Under the pieces are notes generated by a model. It did no database searches. It was not told where the DNA came from and saw only the letters and a program-made list of their open reading frames with translations. DNA of 63,175 bases, counting the filler, from Octopus bimaculoides (lineage: Eukaryota): the NCBI RefSeq assembly GCF_001194135.2. It is 7 parts of 7 records of this genome, joined end to end, with 100 filler letters (N's around TTAATTAATTAA, not from the genome) between each part and the next. Parts side by side here need not be neighbours in the genome. Positions count along the whole stretch, not along the records: positions 39,593 to 54,893 come from NC_068981.1; positions 54,994 to 61,287 come from NC_068986.1; positions 61,388 to 63,175 come from NW_026317381.1; 4 more parts are not named here. One strand, written 5' to 3'. Of this stretch, positions 54,100-63,175 are shown piece after piece (within the stretch, counting starts at the first letter, position 1; every line of letters starts with the position of its first letter). The position numbers were made by a program, and so were the translations under genes.

Positions 54100-54660
54100 G
54101 CAACGTGGGAAAATAAGTGAAGTAAATTTTATGAACGAAAATTGATTGAAAAGTGCAAAATGTATGTTGGGGATATGTGGGCGAAATGTGGGACGGAATG
54201 TCCCTAGATCTGTCCAGCAAAAAACAAATTTGCGGACAGCTTTATGCAAACCTATTGGAACAAGAAGTAGAAGGATACAGCAACACAACAGCAGATAAAA
54301 AAATTCCTGTGTCCAATTTGGAAGAAGCCGGGGGAAAAATATGGAATTGTCGAAGTGAGGTTCGTCTCAGAGGAAGAATTGAATAAGAACTGAATGACCA
54401 CACATTTACATTGGCCGAAAGGTGTTTAAAATAAGAAGGTTAAATACAGCAGCAGAAATCAACATCTGCTGGCTTGTGGCAGCGGTTTTCTTCAAAATTG
54501 AAGAAAATAAAATAGTATTTACGGGCACAAGGAATACAGAGGAAGAGATGGTTAGGACTGGGTATGCATTTATAAATGCAGGCGGATAAGACAATGTCGA
54601 ATAATCCCAGATTTCATTACTTGACCAGATGGCACAAAGGTTCATGTGGCTTTTGGAGAC
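54100..54660 (+). mobile_element. Decayed ORF1-like remnant of an L1/Tx1-type LINE
   Basis: Pieces KYGIVEVRFVSEEEL and YIGRKVFKIRRLNTAAEINICWLVAAVFF, with stops and frameshifts; assignment from recalled family resemblance only. Confidence 0.4.
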
Positions 54661-54706
54661 AGAGAATTGATGTGTCACCCGTGTGAGACGCAGATGACCT
54701 CAATAC

Positions 54707-54745
<39 letters not shown>

Positions 54746-54746
54746 A

Positions 54747-54812
<66 letters not shown>

Positions 54813-54893
54813 ATGCATGTATGTATGTGTGTATGTATGTTTGTATGTGCACTCACCCAAGCATGCTGATCTAGATGAATACTTACCTATATA

Positions 54894-54993
54894 NNNNNNN
54901 NNNNNNNNNNNNNNNNNNNNNNNNNNNNNNNNNNNNNTTAATTAATTAANNNNNNNNNNNNNNNNNNNNNNNNNNNNNNNNNNNNNNNNNNNN
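54894..54993. other. Artificial scaffold linker
   Basis: 44 N + TTAATTAATTAA + 44 N. Confidence 0.95.
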
Positions 54994-55958
54994 ATAATTT
55001 TTACCAAGCCCTTCTGTATGTAAGCACCATTATCGATGGAGAACTTATTTAAAAGTTCATATACATTTATAAACATAATTAAGGGATCAGCAAATATTTG
55101 CTTCACCACATACCGAAGTTCAGAAATAGCAGCTAAAAAAGCTGAGATTCCAACAGATAGCATTACTTGTAACTCACAAAGGCAAAAACAAGAAGAAAAA
55201 AACAATGAAAACTAACCATTCCGAAGTTAATCGTAGACGCGTTTCTGGATTATGAGTGATAAATACTCAATTTCCTTCTTCAATACGATATTCCAGTAGT
55301 AAATTCGACCATGCTAGCAAACTGTGCATGCATGAACGAGTGAACATCATACATCGACACAAACCTTCTGTCACATTTCCTGGCCTTCCTTTCATTCTCG
55401 TCTTCCCTCCTCTTTCACTTCACTCTGTCCCTGTTCTTTTTTTTCATCCCTCCCTAATTCTTCTATCCCTCTGTCTCTACCTTTCTCCTCTCCTTCCTTC
55501 CACGTGACCGGTGTTCGGCCAAGCCTGACCTTTCTTTCTTGGTTCAACTACCATCCGTGCATCATCTATATTTTACCCCATGCCTGACAGCCCTTATGCT
55601 CCTGCTGTAAGGCTTCACTTCCACACACGCCAGCTTAATTTAATTCGTCCTTAGTCGAAAGACACTTGTTGTTAATGTCCTGTTGTTTGCATTTGTATTT
55701 CTGTACCATTTCTCGTTTTTTTCCGTCCTTGTTTTCGTATACATTCGCTGCTTTCTTCCAAGGAATCTAGAGCTCTTAGCTTGGATTTTCCTTGGAGCTG
55801 GCCAGGTTGGAGCAGTCTCGAGTATAACTGTCTCTATGTTTTGTTGTCACTTTTTGCGTTCTTGTCCAATTTTTTGTATTCTTATATATATACATACATA
55901 TATATACATATATGAATATATATATACATATATGAATATATATATACATATATATATA

Positions 55959-56024
55959 CAGGGTGTCCACACAGTTTGAGTACATGAAGATTAACACATA
56001 CTTTAAGAAATTATGGACACCCTG
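55959..56024. mobile_element. 66-bp Tc1/mariner-type mini-MITE
   Basis: TA|CAGGGTGTCCA ... TGGACACCCTG|TA. Confidence 0.7.
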
Positions 56025-56464
56025 TATATATATATTTACACACACACATATATATACATATATACCCATATATATTAGATGGTATACTCATATCGAAGAG
56101 AGAGGCACAAAATCAAGTAATGCTTGTTTTCCTAGTTCTGCTTTGTTTGTGGTTCTTGTTCCTTTATTAAAACCAAATTCCTTAATTTTGATTATCAAAT
56201 ATTTCCTAAATGATTTGTCCATAATGTGGCCGTGGTAGGAAATTAACAACCCATCATCTCTATACAACCCTATTTTGAGAGAATTTGTTCTTTTTTAAAA
56301 ATCTATAAAATGTACAGACAACCCAACTCCCAAACTTCAGTGCCATCGAAAGTTTCCATGGTGACGCCACAAGTAAGTAAATCTGTATTTGTGTTTGTGT
56401 GTGTATATCTGAGTATACGTATCTTTGTATTATGAATCATATATATTTACATATATTTTAATAG

Positions 56465-56649
56465 ACGATCCTCTTTGTTTGAAATCTACCGGAATGAATA
56501 TCGACCCGAAATACTGTAACCGTTTCATACCCTGCTACAACGGGACATCCTATCCGTCCTTGGCTTGTCAACGAGGACTTCACTTCAGCTTTAGGCAGCA
56601 GCGATGTATGAGTGCAGCCATTGCTGGGTGCCCACTATTGCACGGGTAG
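56465..56649 (+). CDS. Terminal coding exon, CBM14 (peritrophin-A/ChtBD2) chitin-binding domain
   Basis: Acceptor ttttaatag|, phase 1; DPLCLKSTGMNIDPKYCNRFIPCYNGTSYPSLACQRGLHFSFRQQRCMSAAIAGCPLLHG*; Cys spacing C-x12-C-x5-C-x10-C-x12-C-x7-C. Confidence 0.85.
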
Positions 56650-56897
56650 TAGTAGGGGTGGTGAGTAAACACTTCTTTTTACTTGAATACACTTTTGCAC
56701 CTCCTTTTTGGCATTAGTACCTTCCTCCTCTCTCTCTCTCTCTTACACACACACACACAGTTTCGTTTCTTCCCTGAGCGTCTGCTAATACTTTACAAGT
56801 ACCACGTACTCGCGTTTTTGTTCTTTTCTTGCAGTGTTTGTTCTTCGTTTTTTTTTTGGGGGGGGGCATTTACTATATATATATATATATATATATC

Positions 56898-57225
56898 GTG
56901 GCACTTCTCGGTTATGACAATGAGGGTTCCAGTTGATCCGATCAATGGAACGGCCTGCTCGTGAAATTAACGTGCAAGTGGATGAGCACTCCACAGACAT
57001 GTATACCCTTAACGTAGTTCTCGGGGAGATTCAGCGTGACGAGTCTGACTCTTTGAAATACAGGTACAACAGAAACAGGAAGAAAGAGTGAGAGAAAGTT
57101 GTGGTGAAAGAATACAGTAGGGTTTACCACCACCTCCTGCCGGAACCTCGTAGAGCTATAGCCGTCTTCGCTCAATAAACACTCACAACGCCCGATATGG
57201 GAATTGAAACCGCGATCCTATGACC
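56898..57225 (-). mobile_element. SINE family D, 5' end lost in a gap
   Basis: Aligns to the other family D copies. Confidence 0.9.
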
Positions 57226-58431
57226 NNNNNNNNNNNNNNNNNNNNNNNNNNNNNNNNNNNNNNNNNNNNNNNNNNNNNNNNNNNNNNNNNNNNNNNNNNN
57301 NNNNNNNNNNNNNNNNNNNNNNNNNNNNNNNNNNNNNNNNNNNNNNNNNNNNNNNNNNNNNNNNNNNNNNNNNNNNNNNNNNNNNNNNNNNNNNNNNNNN
57401 NNNNNNNNNNNNNNNNNNNNNNNNNNNNNNNNNNNNNNNNNNNNNNNNNNNNNNNNNNNNNNNNNNNNNNNNNNNNNNNNNNNNNNNNNNNNNNNNNNNN
57501 NNNNNNNNNNNNNNNNNNNNNNNNNNNNNNNNNNNNNNNNNNNNNNNNNNNNNNNNNNNNNNNNNNNNNNNNNNNNNNNNNNNNNNNNNNNNNNNNNNNN
57601 NNNNNNNNNNNNNNNNNNNNNNNNNNNNNNNNNNNNNNNNNNNNNNNNNNNNNNNNNNNNNNNNNNNNNNNNNNNNNNNNNNNNNNNNNNNNNNNNNNNN
57701 NNNNNNNNNNNNNNNNNNNNNNNNNNNNNNNNNNNNNNNNNNNNNNNNNNNNNNNNNNNNNNNNNNNNGAAGATAAGATGGGAGTCAACAAAGACCAGTC
57801 GTAAAGTATTTTATTCTGAAGGATTTCCGGATCAGAAATTATGGATGAATTTCAGACGTTTATGTTTTGGCAAAACTTCCAGGGAAATTACCGGTATAGG
57901 GTAAATAATTAACTGGGCTGGATAAAATAAATTGCCAGATGCTTTATTAGATTTAGGTCAAGTTCGAATAACAGAATACAAGATATATAATACAAATATT
58001 TTTATCGATGAAAGATTTTGTAAGGCCGGTATTTATTGTCATATTTAGACGTATGAAGCGTATGAGAAGTGAACTAATCTCTGGATAGGACACTAGTCTA
58101 TCGCAAATAAATCATTCCGAAGACAAAAATTTCTCCGTCTTATTTTTCCCTAGACAGATGAACTGAGAAGTTCGAGATCAAAATATATGCTGAGATGACC
58201 AAAAAAGCATACTCATGTTTATATATGCGTGTCTTTAAAGTCGTGTGGGTGGTATAGGCAAAAGAAAGTATAATTGTGTTTGTATGCAAAACACAGTACC
58301 AGGAAACACGCAATAATTCACACACGCATTGATGCGCACATGTGAATGTACATTTTATTCATACAGTCATATATGTACGTATATATATATATTTGCATGA
58401 ATGTATACAGGTGCGTGTATATATACATTTA

Positions 58432-58981
58432 CGAGGGTGAGTCAAAAAGTAATGCCATTTAGTTTAGGACAGGTATAATTACCAACACAGGAAACATGTA
58501 TCATACATCAAAATGAAGCTGGTCCTCTGTGGATCACATGCCTACTCCTCAACATAGTCACCGGTTCTCTCAATAGCAATGTTCCATCTTCGAATGAGCG
58601 CATGTATCCCTGCCCCGTAAAATCTTGTTGACTGTTCTTTGAGCCACTTCTTCACTACTGTTTTCACTTACCCGTCACTGGAATAATGTTTGCCTCTCAA
58701 ACCCTCTTTCATGGAACCGAAGAGATGATAGTCCAATGACGAGGAAGGGAAAACTGTAGTGAAGAAGTGGCTCAAAGAACAGTCAACAGAATTTTACGTG
58801 GCAGGGATACATGCTCTCATTCGAAGGTGGAACATTGCTGTTGAGAGAAACGGTGGCTATTTTGAGAAGTAGGGATGTGATCCACAGAGGACCAGCTTCA
58901 TTTTGGTGTATGATACATGTTCCTGTGTTGGTAATTATACCTGTCCTAAATAAAATGGCATTACTTTGTGACTCCCCCTTG
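58432..58981. mobile_element. Palindromic mariner-derived MITE with about 230-bp arms
   Basis: TA|CGAGGGTGAGTCA...GACTCCCCCTTG|TA; arms 58432-58664 / 58750-58981 carry the transposase 3' end VKKWLKEQSTEFYVAGIHALIRRWNIAVERNGGYFEK*. Confidence 0.9.
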
Positions 58982-59153
58982 TANNNNNNNNNNNNNNNNN
59001 NNNNNNNNNNNNNNNNNNNNNNNNNNNNNNNNNNNNNNNNNNNNNNNNNNNNNNNNNNNNNNNNNNNNTATATAGAGAGAGAGAGAGAGAGATAAATAGA
59101 TAGATAAAACTTACTTGGAAAAGGATGCGTGGCGTTCGATCATATAATAATAC

Positions 59154-59643
59154 AAATAATATATAAATATATGCATATATCCATACATATATGTACATAC
59201 CTATATCTATATGTATACATACATGCATATATGGGTACAGGACTTCAAAAAAACGTTAAACACAATGAAAAACGAAAACAGAAAACGAGCTTTTTTCGAA
59301 CAACGAAAAACAGCAAACAGAGAAACGAGACATGCAACATAAGGAGAATATCCCTTTGTCAGTTGTCCCTGTTCCATCTACTCCGCGTTTCGAAGGCAAT
59401 GACAATACGCGACTTCGTTGGAACAATCTTTCCCGCAAAGCAAATTAAATAAAATTTGGAATTTTTTACGGAGGGTGAAAGTGTTAACAAGAAGTTCGTT
59501 TTCTGTTTTCGTTTTTCTGTTTTCGTTTCTCATTGTGCTTAACGTTTTTTGAAGTCCTGTACCCATATATGCATGTATGTATACATATAGATGTAGGTAT
59601 GTACATATATGTATGGATATATGCATATATTTATATATTATTT
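59154..59643. repeat. Long inverted repeat (about 140-150-bp arms, about 200-bp spacer)
   Basis: 59154-59292 is the near reverse complement of 59492-59643. Confidence 0.9.
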
Positions 59644-59662
59644 ATATGATTATATATATATG

Positions 59663-59747
<85 letters not shown>

Positions 59748-60182
59748 GAATGTGTGAATGTAAGTATATAAGTATCTACACACGCACACACTCACATGTA
59801 TACACGTGTAATTATTTTAGGCAAATATATGTTTATTTACACACACACAAATACACATCCTCTCTCAGTACATACACTTACACATATAAGACCAATCTCT
59901 CTCTCTTCTCGCTCTTTCTCTCTTCTCGCTCTTTCTCTCTTCTCGCTCTTTCTCTCTTCTCGCTCTTTCTCTCTTCTCGCTCTCTCTCTCTTTCTACATA
60001 CACACATACACCTGTCTACAATAAAACAAAATGAATTACATCAAAAAGTTGTGGCTAGACTATATTTAATTAACAAAGTTGAAATTTGACGCCCATACAC
60101 GATGAAATGCCAAGTAACAGAAATAATAATAATGATAATAATAATCATCATCATCATCATCATTAGTAGTAGTAGTAGTAGT

Positions 60183-60241
<59 letters not shown>

Positions 60242-60996
60242 CAGCAGTAACAATAACAACAATAGCAACAACAAAACCTATATGCTGAGGCGTCGTTCCC
60301 TCTGTAAGCAGAACGTGTTGAATACCCTTCAAATAAACATCATGTTTGATTTAGAAAAATATCAAGAAACGACCAGAGTTTAGAATTTATAGGAAAGGTC
60401 GGTGAAGTGGATTAGTTTTAAGGGTGTGGAAACAGGTATATAAATTCAGACAATTAACTGAAAGTACAATTATTCAATTGTTCTTATTGAAAAATCTATT
60501 ATTCTGGAGCCTACATCAGCCAATAAGTCTTACGTAGCCCTGTACGGTAGAGAGGATTTTATGAATAAAATTTAACTTCTTGGATTAAATAATATTCTTA
60601 TGTTTCTTCCACCAGCCATAACGTCATAAAGTGAAAGCAGTTATTATTGTTGATAAGTGTAATTCCGTAAAAAGTTACGATAAAACTGGTTACTAAGTTT
60701 TGCATTAAAAAGGCGCATGCTTGAAATCATTGCGATATTGTGGTATACAAGACGTAACCTGAAAAAACATCGCAATCAGTGAAGCTAGAAATTTTCAGGG
60801 CATTTACAAACGCATACAACCACACACATACAAACCCAAACACATACGCACTCTTAACTTTATACAGAAACGTTCTCCATACGGAAACGGTCTCATTTAC
60901 AAACACACAGCTAGTCAGATACACTCATTATTAAACATTTTTGAAGTGCTGTTTCGAAAAGCTATCTTTTAAGAAAACAAAGCAAAACTCTAACAA

Positions 60997-61270
60997 ATGT
61001 ATCGATTATTAGCCCTAGTCTTACTCGCTGTGGTAACCCATGGCCTGGATATAAGCCAGCTATGTAAAACCATTTCTGGTAGTACTGGATCACAGTTTGT
61101 ACGGTCACCTAACAACTGCAGCGATTTTTTCAACTGCAAAGGACCTGTTTCTCGCTATGCAAAGCTTTCCTGTGGCAACAAGAGTGTATTTTCACAGGCT
61201 TTTCAAGTCTGTGTGTATCGGAAAAGTACCTACGACGACTGCAACCATGAGATCTACGCCGGAAAAGTCC
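60997..61270 (+). CDS. First coding exon of a secreted CBM14 (peritrophin-A/ChtBD2) chitin-binding protein
   Basis: ATG, hydrophobic signal peptide MYRLLALVLLAVVTHG, Cys spacing C-x17-C-x5-C-x11-C-x12-C-x9-C, donor C|GTAAGT in phase 1; the piece ends at a linker 17 nt later. Confidence 0.9.
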
Positions 61271-61287
61271 GTAAGTCTTATTTTAGC

Positions 61288-61387
61288 NNNNNNNNNNNNN
61301 NNNNNNNNNNNNNNNNNNNNNNNNNNNNNNNTTAATTAATTAANNNNNNNNNNNNNNNNNNNNNNNNNNNNNNNNNNNNNNNNNNNN
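61288..61387. other. Artificial scaffold linker
   Basis: 44 N + TTAATTAATTAA + 44 N. Confidence 0.95.
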
Positions 61388-62470
61388 TTTCATGTGTCAC
61401 CCGCACATGAGCCAGTCCAGGGGCACTGGCATCGATCTCAATCGAAAATCCTACGAAGGCCAGCCAGGCGGCACTGGCAACGGCCACGCCCAAAATGGTG
61501 CATTTCATGTGTCAAATTTCATGTGTCACTCAACAGGCCTTCACAAGTGGAGTTTAGTGTCCAACTTAACTTGATTTCGATTTCACTTGCATCAACAGGT
61601 CTTCGCAAGTGGAGTTTGGTGTCCAATGAAGGAAGGTACGCATAAGTGGACTGGCTGAGGCCATAGATTTAGGTCTCACTTGGCTTGCCGGGTCTTCTCA
61701 GGTACAGCATATTTCCAAAAGTCTCGGTCAGAAATCATCNNNNNNNNNNCTTTGGTTTTAGCTAGGTTGACTCTAAGGCCCTTCGATTCTAGTCCTTGCT
61801 TCCACACCTGAAACTTCTCCTCTAGTTCTGATAGTGACTCAGCAATTAGTGCAAGGTCATCAGCATAGAGGAGCTCCCAGGGGCATCCTGTCTTGAATTC
61901 CTCTGTTATAGCCTGGAGGACAATGATAAATAGGAGGGGGCTGAGGACAGAACCTTGGTGCAGCCCTACCTCCACCCGGAATTCTTCACTGTACTCATTG
62001 CCAACCCTCACCTTACTGACAGCGTCTCTGTACATGGCTCACACAGCTCTCACTAACCATTCTTCTATCCCTAGTTTCCTCAATGACCACCAGATGAGAG
62101 ATCGGGGGACCCTGTCAAAGGCTTTCTCCATGTCAACGAAAGCCAGGTACAGAGGTTTATCCTTGGCTAGGCATTTCTCCTGAAGCTGCCTTACCAGACA
62201 CATAGCATCAGTGATGCTTTTCCCAGGCACGAATCCAAACTGCATCTAATCTAAACTGACTCGCTCCCTAAGCAGTTGAGCTATAACCCTCTCCGTGACT
62301 TTCATTACCTGATCTAAAAGCTTGATACCTCAGTAATTATTTGTATCTAAAGCGTCACCTTTACCTTTGTAGCAGTTGACTATGGTGCTGCTACACCAGT
62401 CATTGGGTATGACTCCTTCGTGTATCACCTGGTTCGTAATACGGGTGACTAGGCTATAGCTGACACTGCC
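61388..62470 (-). mobile_element. RTE-clade LINE: reverse transcriptase domain and downstream repeat
   Basis: QFGFVPGKSITDA...LAFVDMEKAFDRVPR...GLHQGSVLSPLLF...LLYADDLAL...GLRVNLAKTK, interrupted by in-frame stops. Confidence 0.95.
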
Positions 62471-62498
62471 AGATATTTGGAACAAAACCCCATCGTAA

Positions 62499-63175
62499 CT
62501 GTTGAGAAAATAGCAGAGAAGCTTGGATTTGATCATTCAACCATTCATCGACACCTGCGTGCCATTGGAAAAGTCAGCAAATTGGGGCGATGGGTCCCCA
62601 CAAACTTTCCGAGTGTAATCATGCGCAGAGAGTGAATGTGTGTGCTTCTTTTCTGCCTCGTCTTCCGAATGAACCTTTTTAGTGGCTGGNNNNNNNNNNN
62701 NNNNNNNNNNNNNNNNNNNNNNNNNNNNNNNNNNNNNNNNNNNNNNNNNNNNNNNNNNNNNNNNNNNNNNNNNNNNNNNNNNNNNNNNNNNNNNNNNNNN
62801 NNNNNNNNNNNNNNNNNNNNNNNNNNNNNNNNNNNNNAACTTTAGTCTATGTTTGAACTTTTAAACCCAAACCAAACGATAAAAAATCGGACCTACTGCA
62901 AGCAGCTTGAGCGGCTTAAGTCAGCACTAGAATAAAACAACCATCTTTGGTCTTAAGACGAAAAGTATTCTTCCATCAGGATAAAGCTCGGCCACATACA
63001 GCAAGGATAACATTCCGAAGGCTGGAACTGTTTGAAAGGGAAATGATGCCCCACCTATCATATTCACCGGATATTGCCCCATCTGATTATCATTTATTCC
63101 GCAATCTTCAAAATCATTAGAACGTAAAAAATATGAATCTTGTAGACGAGATCAGAACAATACTGGAGGAGTATT
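62499..63175 (+). mobile_element. Mariner transposase remnant
   Basis: IAEKLGFDHSTIHRHLRAIGKVSKLGRWVP; FHQDKARPHTA; YSPDIAPSDYHLFRNLQN (mariner WVPHEL and YSPDLAP motif regions); stops present. Confidence 0.9.

Noticed and set aside
55038-55217. 59-aa ORF MENLFKSSYTF...EKNNEN as a missing CBM14 exon
   Set aside because: No signal peptide and no 6-Cys pattern; I found no first exon for the upstream paralog in the window.
56310-56372. Small exon before the CBM14 terminal exon (good GTAAGT donor at 56373; ATG frame MYRQPNSQ...)
   Set aside because: The ATG frame ends in phase 0 whereas the next exon needs phase 1; the phase-1 frame has no phase-1 acceptor and no signal peptide. Unresolved without RNA data.
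59900-59990. 17-bp tandem repeats here and at 29170-29250 as CRISPR-like arrays
   Set aside because: Contiguous CT-rich units with no spacers, in eukaryotic DNA.

Overview
Repeat-dominated, gene-poor eukaryotic DNA. The microsatellite load, SINE/LINE repertoire and TTAGGG repeats suggest an octopus-like coleoid cephalopod (inference, not a database hit). The window is seven pieces joined by an artificial 100-nt linker (44 N + TTAATTAATTAA + 44 N), so adjacency across linkers is unproven. The only supportable host coding sequence is two phase-1-compatible exons encoding 6-Cys CBM14/peritrophin-A chitin-binding domains (56465-56649 terminal exon; 60997-61270 signal-peptide exon), probably halves of two tandem paralogs. 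The rest is microsatellite, tRNA-derived SINEs, and decayed R4/Dong, RTE, Tx1-like, Penelope-like, Tc1/mariner, Tigger and MITE sequence. The most interesting signal is a near-intact minimal type I hammerhead ribozyme (39407-39446) inside a perfect 64-bp fold-back, with related hammerhead-like motifs elsewhere, one of them behind a tRNA-like head. Also notable: a nested-palindrome MITE with an outward-facing telomeric core, retroelement 3' ends sitting in specific microsatellites, and one CpG-decayed scaffold piece. All alignments and folds were read by eye; coordinates of decayed elements are approximate.
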